64,000 bases of DNA from Octopus sinensis (Eukaryota), in NCBI RefSeq assembly GCF_006345805.1, contig NC_043005.1, forward strand, positions 90,768,001 to 90,832,000, written 5' to 3'. The notes below the pieces were generated by a model, which ran no database searches, was not told the origin of the DNA, and was given only the letters and a program-made list of their open reading frames with translations. Every line of letters begins with the position of its first letter. Position 1 is the stretch's first letter. Shown here piece by piece: positions 12,024 through 24,520 of this stretch. Made by a program: the position numbers and the translations under genes.

Positions 12024-12434
12024 GAATCTTTTCGGTTTGAACGGCAGTTTTTTCTAGCGGTGTCATATGAAATTGTCACCCATAATTATGACCCTAGTAT
12101 CGATCTATTGCATTTCAATCTGTTTTAGGGCTAGAGGTGGGGGATGGGTATCTTTTTTTCTTCAGAAATGTAAATAAACCCAATCTGTTTCTTAAACGTG
12201 GGACATATTCATACGGCACAGAATGGTTTCACCTCAATAGACGTCATTGATTGGTTGAAATTGCAGAAATTGAAAAAAAAAACCCAACAAATATCTTACA
12301 AACCATAGAATTTTCTCAATAAAGCCAAGAGAAAAAGATGTTTTATAAACACATTCTACCAGTATACGAAGTTTAAAAGTGTTTAGTTACGTGGAAATTA
12401 TTTTTAAAAACTGCCGTTCAAACCGAAAAGATCC
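12024..12434. mobile_element. MITE with 27-bp TIRs and 8-bp TSD, copy 1
   Basis: TIR g(g/a)atcttttcggtttgaacggcagttt; TSD TTATCTTT at 12016-23 and 12435-42. Confidence 0.9.
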
Positions 12435-13930
12435 TTATCTTTAATTATTATTGTTCTCTAAATTATTGTTTTCATGGAAACCATCATTGTTGCTTCAGCT
12501 GTAGTTGCTGTCATTGCTTGTAACGACAAGTGTTTCAGAAGGAATATTTCAAAAGAGTATCATAAATTTTAACCCTAATGAAAAGAAGACATTACAGTAA
12601 ACACTGCGGATCTTTTCACTTTGACCGGCAGATTTTAAAAATAAAAGATCCAACACTGCACCTTTTCTAAGATACTTGAATGGAAAACCTGCAGAAAAGT
12701 ATAGTTCACAGAGGAAGACCAACTAAACCACTCCTGGGAGGAAGAAAGCTGATAAACTATTAAGAATGTAAGCGAACGACAACGAGCTGCGTTCGTGCTT
12801 GAGGAACTGTTCGAAACAGTTTATTAAAACTAGTGCATGAGCCGTTGTTTACAACCTGAATGAGCAGTACTTGGTTTCATTGAAATTTACGTATATATTC
12901 AACAAAGAATGAAATAAAAGTTGGTAAAACAATATTGAAATAAAAAAAACCATTTAATACTTCAAAATACAAATTAGTCTTTAATTGTCTTTATTTCTAT
13001 TTTTAACATTATATACAGAAAACCACGGACAGAAAATTTTGACGACCAATGTCTGTATATTCATAAGTTTTAGTGAATTTTACATTTTCATTATTGTGAT
13101 ACCTATGAGATCCTCATAGGTATTCCAACTGACCAGTAAAAGTCTTTATATCTGAAAAAATCCAACTCTGTCGAGAGAAACATGCAATTGACCATGTGTG
13201 AACATGTTTGTAATATTTTAAAGAAACTAATTAGAATTGAACAGAGGGAAACGAATCTTTATTCTTAAGTTTTCTTATAAAAAATTTGAAGAACGAGGAT
13301 TTATTTTCTTTCCATTACGTACTAAACTTACTTCTTGAAAGAGAACATACATACAAACATACGTTCATACGTACGTACATACACTGACGAGAGAGCGAGA
13401 AAAAAAAAGAGGAGTGTTTTCAGTGAGAAATCGAAGTAAAAGGTAATAGAATGTTATTGCTGCGTCACTTGTTTTGACTTGTTTTATGGAATTACATGAC
13501 AAACTAACTGTTCGATAATAAAATGAACTTTAAAATAGCTGTAAGAAAATAATCTTTGGACTGCTTTCTGAAATGACTGAATGAAAGACACTGAAGTGGA
13601 GAGTGCTGGTAAGTCATCCAGGTACCTCGCACAATCGATGAAAGATTGAAATAAAAAAAAAACACACAGACAGACAGACAGATATATAGATTGATAGGCG
13701 TACAGACACACGGACGGACGGACGGACGAACTGACTGATTGATTGATTGATTGATTGATGGCGGTTCTTATTGTGAGGAAAGGTATGCGATAAGGAAGAA
13801 AGAAAAATCGATAGATATGACAGGTTAGGTTTGGGAAGGTGCTCAAGAAATAAGAGGTGTTACCATAGTTCACCGGTAGTGAACAGCTGACACGGTAATA
13901 TATCACCAGCGTTAGAAATTGGGCAAAGGC

Positions 13931-13979
<49 letters not shown>

Positions 13980-13984
13980 TTTAT

Positions 13985-14194
13985 TCTTTACTCTTTTACT
14001 TGTTTCAGTCATTTGACTGTGGCCATGCTGGAGTACTGCCTTTAGTCGAGCAAATCAACCCCAGGACTTATTCTTTGTAACCCTAGTACTTATTCTATCG
14101 GTCTCTTTTGCCGAACCGCTAAGTTACGGGGACGTAAACACACCAGCACCGGTTGTCAAGCGATGTTGGGGTGACAAACACAGGCACACAAACG

Positions 14195-14274
<80 letters not shown>

Positions 14275-14423
14275 CGACGGGCTTCTTTCAGTTTCCGTCT
14301 ACCAAATCCAATCACAAGGCTTTGGTCGGCCCGAGGCTTAAGTAGAAGACACTTGTCCAAGGTGCCACGCAGTGGGACTGAACCCGGAACCATGTGGTTC
14401 GTAAGCAAGCTACTCCTACGCCT
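13985..14423 (-). mobile_element. SINE family B
   Basis: Reverse-complement match to family B. Confidence 0.9.
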
Positions 14424-14432
14424 ATAATAATA

Positions 14433-14470
<38 letters not shown>

Positions 14471-15909
14471 ACTTATGCGTAACTAGGTGCTTATACATAG
14501 GCTTAGGTGCATCTACAAAAAGAGTAGAAGGATATTTATGGCTTTGTGCAATCCAGCGAGGCACAAATCAAAATATATCAATGTAGATAACATTAGAAGG
14601 TGGAAGAGCAAAGGCATGGTGGAGCGATATATAATATTCATTCAAAAGTACGTCAAAAATGTACATTGCACGAACATGTGTCGCATGATAATCATGAGTG
14701 CCACTGACAGTTTTACGAGGAGAACAACATAAATGTGAAGTGGAAACATTAGCTGAAGCAGCGACATTGACATCAACTAAAATTATGTAGATATTTGTAA
14801 TATTAATCATTGCTAACTATTGTGTACCCATCCTGCTTGTGCTTCCTAAATCGGCGTCCTTTTCAATGGCGTCGCAATCCTTTCGATTCACTAGCTGATT
14901 GAAATAAATCTCGAGTAGAAACAAGAGAAGCATCTTGAACTGAAGTACTTCTTCATGGTTTTTCTAAAACGCATCTACTACTTGTATCCGGTATGAAATC
15001 TAAATGAAAATAGGTCCGGGAGTAAAAATGAAACCTCTGTAACCAGTAGAATCCAATCAATTCGTGGATTGGATATGGCAAAATCTCATCTTGACCATCC
15101 ACAGCCAACCAGGAAGGTATAATCAATAGTGTTTCGTCTAGAACACTTTTTGAGATATCATTTAAAATGTTAAAGATTTTGGCGACTAACTTGTCTATAG
15201 AAACTGAACAACCTTGAATGGTCGTGAAAAAATCCTCCAAGGAAATCTTCAGTTTTTGCAATTTATCGGAGAGATTTAGAATTTGGTCTGTAAAATCAAA
15301 CTAGCAGAGCACAATGAGTAACTAGTTAAAAAAAACACATTAATTCATAGTTAGTGCAGGAATTTTTATGCACATCATACAGTTTCTTTATTAACTCGTT
15401 TCATTTAACTCTATAAGAGTAATCAGGCTCTTCTGAGAATGTTAATGCCAATAGTCTAGTATCTTATTTAATGCTGTCGACATAGAAATATTAGAAAGGG
15501 TGAGGACCCCCACCTCACGTGAACGCATTATGGTCGGTAAATTTTTTTATTGATGGAAATCGATCAATTTAAAACACTTGACGATATTCGATTATATTGA
15601 TCTCACAGGTGTCTGGTTTCTTGTTTTTAGTGTAAATACTGATACTGAGTCACGAAAATAAATAACCTCCACCAAATGCTGTTCAACGTTCATTTTTGTT
15701 GGTTAGGTGTTATTGCTGTTGAAACTTAGCCTTTTACTGAAAATATTATGCAAATCCATTCGGTAACTCGTGACACGTAACAGATCTGTTGAAGTCGTCA
15801 CGGCACTATCACAAGTTACAACACAAAACTATATATTTAGATTCGTCTCTGCTACTTCCTTGGTTTATTTTCAAAATTCTTTCATCTTTAAAGGTTTTGT
15901 AATGTTTCC

Positions 15910-17679
15910 ATTACACAAGTTTGCATTTTTAAATGAAGTAAATGATTATTGTCTACTTAAAGGTTATTCTGAACCATTTTTAATGCTGATTTCAAACATG
16001 TCTTTAGTTTTTGCCTACCACGTACAAATTTTGCGTAAATAGCTGCCAAAGATATAATGAGTTTTCTTGTCGTTGATTCCCTTTTGTGGCAAACTTTTAG
16101 ATGAAGTATGATGAAATTAAGAACAAATGGCTAGAACAATAATAAAAAAAAAAGGTATGAATAATGTAAGTAGGCCTACATATTGACTAAATATATTTTT
16201 TAATGCCCTTCCCATGACTCCAAAGTAATTTTACTCCATTTTAAACTTCCTTTTCTTTGATTTCCTCACAGCTTTTGATAGTTGCATGCAGTCTCTCTTT
16301 AGGGTCCAGCAGTAATCCACCATCATATTTACATTCCAGCTCCCTTGATACCTCCACACCATTTCTTTATTGTCCTGGTGAAATCTCTTACCATGCTCTC
16401 CGCTTAGATTGCCAAGGTTCTACGGGAAATAGTCGAGGTATGAGTGAAGAAAGTGCATTTTAGCATTCATGTTGCATCCAAGCTTTTTGAACTTTTGCAA
16501 CATAGTATCAAGTAATTTGAAAAAGTTCTCGACAACAGACTTGAAGCTCACCTCTTTTTGAGATTCATTCATGAATTTCTTATAATCTCGGTTTTACATT
16601 AGTTTACGTATGTTAGGACCAACAAATATTTCTGATTTATTTTTCTCACTGGTTGTATTTGGGAATTTTTTTTTTTTGAGAGATACATTTTTAGTCTAGA
16701 ACCAAGAAGTTCCGCTGCTTCCTTTGGTAGGTCCAAATCTCTCATCAAATCATTGAGTTCTTCCTATGTAAATAACTGCGGACTTTCCATTTCGTCAGGA
16801 GTGTAGTCATCACCTTCTTCTTCACATTTGTCTTCTTCATCACTATCTAATGTAACAATGGGTGGAGAGAGGATCTGGAATATCAGCCCCATGTGCAATA
16901 GGCCATATAGCTGAGGGAATACTAAGAAACACTATTTTTTGCACTGTACCCATCAAGTTTAGTAATGCAGAAATAACAATCGTCACTGTGGTTATTCGGT
17001 TCTCGCCATACTAGTGGTATTCCAAAGGTCATTTCTTTTTTTCTTACCAACTTTCCAGAGTCTCAACCCCTCCACACAAGTGTGACATACTTGGTGTGGA
17101 GCTCCAGGTTTGCTTTCATTAGCGATTTTAACACCAAAATAAGCGAAGTATAGGTTCTTTACAAGGTCGGTTATATTTTGTCTCCTCTGCTTAATGACAA
17201 TATACCTCCTACAAATGTAGCAGAATATGTCTGGATTGTTCCCGCACTTATGTCTATATGCATTCATTTTGAATGGACTTTATACATAAACATCATCAAT
17301 GACTAACCTCTGGTACTACTAGAACAACACTAAAGCATGCATCAATCAGTTAGCAATCGTGTATACAGCTTTTCAGGGTCACGTAGTCTGTTAGAATTGC
17401 CAGCGACTGTTTAATACACTTTATATTGGCTGCCGTTCTACCTTTATTAATATTAAGTCAGCATCAGTTTTTAGCAATTTATTTTGTTGAGAAAAATAAA
17501 TTAGATAATCACTGTCATCCTATTCTCTGATACCATAATGCAGAAAAAAAAAACAAAGCTTTATTACAGAAAAACTAGATGTGATGGAGAAAAACTAATC
17601 ACAGATCTGAAATCAGCATAAAAAATCGATTCAAATAGTCATGTAGGCATTTAAATATAGAAAATCATGCAGACTAGTG
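15910..17679 (-). mobile_element. Internally deleted CMC/Chapaev3-like DNA transposon remnant
   Basis: N-terminal C..NPD.FCYIC...YFAYFG...APHQVCHTC...HSDDCYFC; C-terminal FVGPNIRKLM...LGCNMNAKMHFLHSYLDYFP*NLG..SGEHGKRFHQD...RYQG.W...DYCW; CACTAG terminus at 17679; shared subterminal tgctgatttc repeat near 15985. Left end approximate; superfamily from motif recall. Confidence 0.75.
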
Positions 17680-18031
17680 TTATCTTTTATTAAATTCTTT
17701 TTATAAATAAATAAACGTACAAACAAACAAATATGACAATTGCAAATTCCGATATGTCGATAATAGAGGCTTCTCATTGGATAAAAGTAACTATAAATTT
17801 CAATTGTTTTATATTATAAACGAATGTGATTTTTATGACTAATATGCAGAACTGCATCACTGTAGAAAATTAAAAACAAAACCAAAAAGAAAAAAGCAAA
17901 AGGACATCAGCCACTATGACTCGAACGAAAAAAATCCATTTCTCCCATTTAGTTAAATGCATCCTTTTTAATATAAATATAATATTCATTTAAACTTTAT
18001 TTCTTTTACGGTATCCTTTCTATATTATATA

Positions 18032-18424
18032 CTAGCAGTATCGCCCGGTGTTGCTTGGCTTTGTTTCGACCCTTTAGAATTGGAATTTTTGAAAAGTAAA
18101 AATGTTGCATTATGTAGCTTGTTATTCTCTTTAAGTGAACATTTTTCTGGTTGAAATACACCGAAAAATGGCGACAATGCAGTCAAAACATCGTAAAAAA
18201 TTGGATTTTCATAGAAAAAAAAGCACCTTTTTGATGTAAATAATTTTTTGTGTTAACATGGTCCAATTTGAATTTTTTTCTTTTACGGAAGGAAGAGCAA
18301 GCCTTCTTCTATCATACTCTCAATTTTGGTCAACTTGCGCCGCAGGGTCTCGGAGGAGATAATGTTAGTTGAAGGCTACCAAACCTGCCATACACAGACA
18401 ACTTCAGCTTTATATATAGAGAGA
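18032..18424 (-). mobile_element. Non-autonomous Helitron, copy 3
   Basis: Reverse complement of copy 1, intact CTAG end, inserted between A and T. Confidence 0.85.
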
Positions 18425-19064
18425 TTTTCCATATACGTTCTTTTACTTCCTTTAACTTACTATAATCACGTAATTAATCTTACTTTACCTCTCAGTCTTC
18501 ATAAAGTGGGTTTCAAATTGATTACTTACGAGGCTTCTCGAAAATATTAATGAAATATTTCAGCTCTCACCTCCACTTTATTTATTAGAAAACAAAATAG
18601 TGTGTATCTTAAATTTATCAAACATGGCAGTTTGTGTGCTCGCTTTTCAGTCCTCGTTGGCCTATGCCAATGAACCTGTCCCCCTCCATCCACACACCTA
18701 TGAGAAACACAACGCTAATATATTTTCATATATTCATAACTTTTTACAGGAAATAATTGTCAAACGAATTTTGAATGTAAGTTAAATTAATTGAGCTGTT
18801 TTACAAAAAGAAATATCTCCACATATTTTAAATTGAAGCAGTTTAACAACTTTTTAACTTAACAATTTTCATATCCCATATATCATTATCAAACTTAATC
18901 TTTCATACGTCCGTCATTTTTATGTAATCGCTACGAACCATCAGTAATCATAGGAGCAGGCGTGGCTGCGTGGTAAAGAGTTTATTTCTCAACCAGATGG
19001 TTCTGGGTTCAGTTTCACTACGTTGTATCTAGCCCAGGAACTGATAAGGATTATTCCTCAGGAA

Positions 19065-19330
19065 CTGATCAGGAATCAGTTCTTGATATTGATTCCCCTT
19101 CTATTTCCTCGATAAGATGCCTTCTATTTAATTGAAACAATCTATTTTGTTCAAGACTTTTGCATCTAGTACCATATCTTTTTAATGGGGCTTTTAACGT
19201 TGTCATCCTTTGAGACATTTCTTCGTGTACTGTTTGCTTCCCCTCTTTTCTAATCTCTACTGTCCATTCAATTTTCTGATTACTAACTAATGCTCTAAAG
19301 CTGTGTTCGCATCCAATTAGTCCTCTTCCT
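19065..19330 (-). mobile_element. R4/Dong-like non-LTR fragment (pre-RT region)
   Basis: LKAPLKRYGTRCKSLEQNRLFQLNRRHL resembles LKQK..A...R..RY......QN.LF..N. Confidence 0.6.
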
Positions 19331-19339
19331 CCTCTTCTT

Positions 19340-20478
19340 CCTACTGTTAAGCGGCAGTTGACGGGAGCAATCGTTAACAACTGGTGGTGGATAGGCCTGA
19401 AAAGGGTGATTAGAGCAGAATCGATAAAGTTTAGCAAAGAGTTAGCTATAGAAAGAAACAGTTTAGAGGGAGAACTAGTTATCAAACTAGAAAAGGCGAT
19501 TTAAAGACATCGCGACTGAAATGGTAGCGGCGAGAACGACTCTTGACCGTTCCTTTGAGGCGAAACATGAAGGTTGCATTGTCAGAACTAAGGCCCGCGC
19601 GCTAAAACATTGAGGAAACTAAAGCCTTCTGATGGGCTCGAACGGTGGAGACGCGACGTGGCAACAAAACCACGATCGGGTCTTTGACGGATCTGAATGG
19701 GCGCATGCTACATGGTTCTGAGCAGATGTGTGCGGCTTTTCATCAGCACTTAACGCAACTGTTTGAAAGGGGTGAGGGTTAACGACAGCAGCAGACTTTA
19801 GTTTGTACCTAGATGGCCTGCTGCGGCTCTTAGCAGGGGACGTGAGGTTCTGCGAAAAGCCGATAACGGTCACTGAAATACGAGAGCCGACAAGCGATTG
19901 CACAAGTCGCAAGCCGCCAGGTTTAGATGGTCTGCTCTATGAATTCAAAGTATTCATGCCAGATTTCTTGGTTGACTTCTTTGCAGACGTTTACCGCAAC
20001 TAGTAACAATCGGCCCATAACTCTGCTAAACACAGAGTTTAAGATTTTGACCAAGGTACTAGCGAAAAGATTGACGATTGTCGTTGGTAGTCTAGTAGAG
20101 AAAGCACAAACGTGCGCAATTCCGAACAGGTCTAATCGCGACAACCTCCACCTTATGCGATACACCATAGCTTCGGTGGGGCCCTGATCAATTTGGATCA
20201 ATCAAAAGCATTGGATAGGGTTGACCATCGCTACCTGGAAGTCGTCCTTAAAACGGCCGGCTTCGAACCCGTTTTCAGAAGCTGGATCGCTGCAATATAC
20301 AACGGAATCTGCTCGGTAGTCAAAGTAAATGGCCATCTATTGGAACCGTTTAGCATCGCATGCTCGATCCGTCAGAGCTGCCTGCTGTCACCTCTTCTGT
20401 ACATGCTGGTTCTCGAGCCTCTGCTGCGGAGGTTGGAACAATTGAGGGGTACCCCTTTCAAGCTGGGACTCCGAAAAG
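19340..20478 (+). mobile_element. L1/Tx1-clade LINE ORF2 remnant (linker and RT)
   Basis: KPPGLDGLLYEF, RPITLLNTEFKILTKVLAKRL, LDQSKALDRVDH, RQSCLLSPLLY; several frameshifts. Confidence 0.9.
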
Positions 20479-20479
20479 C

Positions 20480-21590
20480 AGTATCTATTTATTCCAAAAT
20501 TCCTGCACTTCTTTTGATGGGACAGACTTTACTGTAACTGGTATTTTCCCTATCTTCCTGTAAACATTTTTTGGATTATTTTTGAACATGCTGTTGTCCT
20601 TGATGAATCTAACGCACTTTGCATACCTTGCCATGCGGGCAACTTTAGCACATAGCTTTTGCTTGATAGTTTCTATGGTGGCATCGATGTCCAGTATGGT
20701 TTTCATATTATATTCTTTCTTTAATTTTCGGATTTTTTTTTTTTTGGTTTGATAGTCTTTTTTAAACATTCTATGTCAGACCTAAGTAGTTGAATTTGGT
20801 GTTGAATACGCTCTTGCCAAGTAGACTTTTTGTGGGAATGTTGTCGTTTTCTAACCTTTTCACCACATAGAATCGTTGAGATTTTCGCAGATACATAGGA
20901 CAAGTGGTTGAGATATATAAATATCAACATCATTAGCTGAAATTACATCCTTAAGTGCAAGGCGGATTTTACCAATTACTTTCAAGTTTTCGTTAGAATT
21001 GTCTCTCCTAAGTATCCTAGCTGTCCCTAATAACACTGTTTTCTGGAGCTGTACTAAACTGGGGTTTATGCTTATTTCCTCTATCCATCTGTTCAGATCT
21101 TTAGGAATATTTCCCAATGCACCTAAAACTATTGGGATACATTTAACCCGCACTTTCCATAGTCTCTCTAATTCGATAGCTAGATCCTGGTACTTCGCTA
21201 TTTTTTCTATATTTCTCTTGTTAATGATTTCATCATTTGGGACTGTAAAATCTACTCTCTGGCTCTTTCTATTCTCTTTATCTACTACTATCAAATCAGG
21301 TCTTCTACCTTCTTTTACTCTGTCAGAGTGAATGTTGAAGCCCCACATTTTATTTTCCTTACTTTCTAGGTTCATGTTCATACCATTTATCAGCATATTC
21401 GAATCTTATCTTTCTACATAGCTCTCAGTGGATTGCTCTCCATAGATTGTCATGTCTTTTCTTGTATTCTTTCTGTGCCATCATGCTACATTTACTTATT
21501 ATGCGAGTAACGCTTTCCTCTTTTGACTTGCATAATCTACATTGAGAATCTACTTGGTTTTTGTCTATCTTGGCTTTTATCCAATTAGTC
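20480..21590 (-). mobile_element. R4/Dong-like (RLE) retrotransposon pieces: CCHC and PD..D endonuclease, then pre-RT region
   Basis: CRLCKSKEESVTRIISKC...KRHD; RRPDLIVVDK...VDFTVP...EKIAKYQDLAIELERLW...IVLGALG...LLGTARILRR; then IKQKLCAKVARMARY...FKNNPKNVYR...FWNK. Confidence 0.9.
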
Positions 21591-21599
21591 CTTAATGAT

Positions 21600-22030
21600 T
21601 AATCGAAAGAGGTCAACTAGCTCGTCTTTTCCGAAGGTCTTTCAGCCCAGGGCCTACAAATAATATCCGGAAATCTCTGGCCTGAAGGTGTTACCAGGAG
21701 GCATTGTCACTTCAGGTGATGCACTACGGCGATTACAGTGCCGTCAACCGATTTGTCTGATCGGTTCACGGCGCTGTTATGCGTCTGTTGCGCATTGTTA
21801 CACACTGAACAGTGAAACTGTCTTGCATGCGTTCATTTAGATATGGAAGCAATGCATCATTATGGACATCACTTGAACATATAGAACAGCTGTTGGGGGC
21901 TGAAATGTCTTCAGGCCTTAACGAGAAGGGTGTGAAGCTAATGGTTGCGTGCGTGATACGATGAGTCTACGAGAGAATCTGGATGTATAGGGTTAGAGTG
22001 TGAGATCTATGAAATGCGTTTGAATGAAAT
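21600..22030 (+). mobile_element. L1/Tx1 ORF2 C-terminal remnant, probably the same element as 19340-20478
   Basis: Decayed W(R)CYQEAL...C...ETVLHAF zinc-knuckle region. Confidence 0.5.
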
Positions 22031-22199
22031 GTTTGTGATTATGTTATGGTCGGAGGAATATATTGTGTGCGCGTGGTAATTTGGGTGAAAGTGTGTGTAT
22101 CGGTGTGAGATGGTGTGTGTATGCGTGTGTCCGTGCTTGTGTGCGTGTGTGTGTTTGTATGTATGTGTGGAGTTAAAAGTTACTCTTGTGTATTAGAGC

Positions 22200-22425
22200 A
22201 GCGGTCCCCAACCATTTTTGCATCACGGACCGGTTTTATGCGAGACAATTTTCCCACACACTGGGGAAATCACGTTCATAACATGACACAATAAAATATA
22301 TAATATAAAATTAAATTATAACACGTATACACCATGCAGACGACAGCCAATAAAATAAAACTAAATTTTAAAATTTATTTCTTCTATGTGGCTCGGTACC
22401 AAATGATCTGCGGCCTGGTGGTTGT
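22200..22425 (+). mobile_element. hAT/Charlie-like MITE fragment
   Basis: cagcggtccccaacc...ggaccggtttt...agacaattttccc terminus; second partial copy at about 27648-27720. Confidence 0.55.
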
Positions 22426-22450
22426 AAGTGCGTGTGACATGTTCAGTGTA

Positions 22451-22824
22451 CACTGGCGAAATTAAATTTAAGACCGATGATAAAAGTTCTATTTCAGCCG
22501 TTATTAAAAATAAAGGCTATGGCACAAAGTACTAATATGTACTTCGTTCTTGTTGCTCATTTTTGCTACGATTTTAAGCTTTAAATAAAATTATAATGAT
22601 ATGGTCTTAAACTAATTTTGCTGGTAAATTTGAAACGTTTATATTAATTTAGCCTTAGAATTCTTCATGTTGTATAAAAAATAGTTATTGTCTGCATCAT
22701 TCGAAAGAGAAATAAATTCTGCATAAGGTGTAAAAGATAGTAATATTTTGTATGGTGTTAGTAACAACATATTTTGTAAGAAATAGAACTTTTAACATCG
22801 GTCTTAAATTTATTTTCGCCAATG
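22451..22824. mobile_element. Tc1/mariner-type MITE (about 48-bp TIRs, TA TSD)
   Basis: TA|cactggcgaaattaaatttaagaccgatgataaaagttctatttc ... gaaatagaacttttaacatcggtcttaaatttattttcgccaatg|TA. Confidence 0.85.
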
Positions 22825-23460
22825 TATACGGATGTGCAGATGTAAAGTTTAAAGCGAAGGAGAGGAGGCAGGAGCGTGTCCCTCGGAAAAGGTAAGACAG
22901 TGGGAAAATGATTTCAACTAAGAGAGGACATACTATAGGTTTCAGAACAGAGGGAACAGTCTGGAAAAGGTCAACAAAAATGGAGGACATTACGGTGTAA
23001 AGATTCAAGAGCAATAACCCTCTAATATTTTGGAGTGTGTGTGTGCGCGCGCGCAATATTTGTCTTTCTTGGCAAAGTACGTGCGCATTCTTACAAGTAG
23101 ACGTTTGCAGTTCAAATATTTCGATTTCCTCAAGAAAACCTAATGTACGCACATTTTTCATTTGTGCACTTGTTGCAAAACTTGTGCGCACGCAAGCGCA
23201 CAGCTTAGAGGGAGCAAGGGAACATTGTGTGGTAGCTGCTTGCATATGATGTAGCAGCTATAATGGTCAAGCAGATGCTTGTAAAAAGTGGCTAGGACTG
23301 CCAAGGATGAGCATACCTACACTTGAATGCCCCCTCCATCGACTTCTTTCTGCATAAGTTTCAGAAAATTGGGTACCTTTTGATGAAATTTTCTACAAAT
23401 ACCTTTCAGATGGTACAAATCTCGGTTATACTGGTTATACTCGATTATACTCGGTTACAA

Positions 23461-23780
23461 AGCGGCGAGCTGACAGAATCGTTAGCACGCCGGGCGAAAT
23501 GCTTAGCGGCATTTCGTCTGCCGCTACGTTCTGAGTTCAAATTCCGCCGAGGTCGACTTTGCCTTTCATCCTTTCGGGGTTGATAAATTAAGTACCAGTT
23601 ACGCACTGGGGTCGATATAATCGACTTAATCCGTTTGTCCTTTCTGTGTTTAGCCCCTTGTGGGTAGTAAAGAAATAAGTATTAAATAAGTACCAGTTAC
23701 GCACTGGGATCGATGTAATCGACTTAATCCCTTTGTCTGTCCACTCTATGTTTAGCCCCTTGTGGGTAGTAAAGAAATAG
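23461..23780 (+). mobile_element. SINE family A with a duplicated 3' part
   Basis: Monomer followed by a second taagtaccagtt...aaagaaatag unit. Confidence 0.9.
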
Positions 23781-24254
23781 GTTATACTGGAATTTGTGAA
23801 CATTTTTACGGGGGGGCAGAAGTGATTCGAAGAATTCACAAAATTCGACTTTGTCTCTTCTTAACTTTCAGAAAAGTGGTAATTTTTTAATGAAATTTTA
23901 GGCAAATACCCTTCAGATGGTATAGATTACGACTAAATAGGAACTTAACGTGCAAAAAAAAAAAAAAAAAAAAAAAAGAATGGTGGGCTCACACGCGTAC
24001 GTACATACTTGCACATCACATATTTTCGAAATTTCAAATTTCATTTGTGCTTATGTGTGATGTATATCAGTATGTATGTGTGTGAGCCAAACTTTTCTTT
24101 TTTTCTTTACATAATATTCCCATATAATTCTAGTGTATACTATCTAAAAATTGTCAAAAAAATTATTAAAATATACCCATTTTTTTTTCTGACATTTATG
24201 AGAAAACAGAGTTGTGGTAGTGGTGGTGGGGTACACTTGTGTAGGTATGTCCAA

Positions 24255-24520
24255 GTGTTGTCTGATGTCGTCTGGGCGTTCAGAGAAAATTAAGCTCCCA
24301 TTCACATAGGTACTCAAAGAATTTAAAGCGGGCAAGGTGCGCTTGGTTACGATACTGATGAACTCTGAGATGCAACAATTGCGAAGATGAAGTCTCCAAT
24401 CTTTACTGAACACAAGTGGAAGATGGAGAAAACCGCAGACGAGGCTGCTGCACAGGCGAAGAAGAAAAAAGTTTCGGGTGCGGAGTGAACTGACAACGAA
24501 AGGAGTCGGCTTTCTTCTCT
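24255..24520 (+). mobile_element. Decayed Hero/NeSL-like non-LTR fragment
   Basis: KIKLPFT*VLKEFKAGKVRLV...TEHKWKMEKTADEA resembles KL.LP.SSL.EEFK..K.R...TGRKW.A.EAV.EA. Confidence 0.55.

Noticed and set aside
14953-15300. Minus-strand 102-116 aa ORF with a plausible acceptor (ctctgctag)
   Set aside because: No recognisable motif or partner exon. The plus strand has faint, decayed Dong-like motifs (EGYLWLCAIQ, MCRM, RIWSVK), so the ORF is probably an antisense by-product. Not fully excluded.
20999-21331. 110-aa hydrophobic plus-strand ORF
   Set aside because: Antisense of the Dong-like endonuclease coding sequence.
22697-23245. 182-aa minus-strand ORF
   Set aside because: No motif; runs through a microsatellite and into a MITE TIR.
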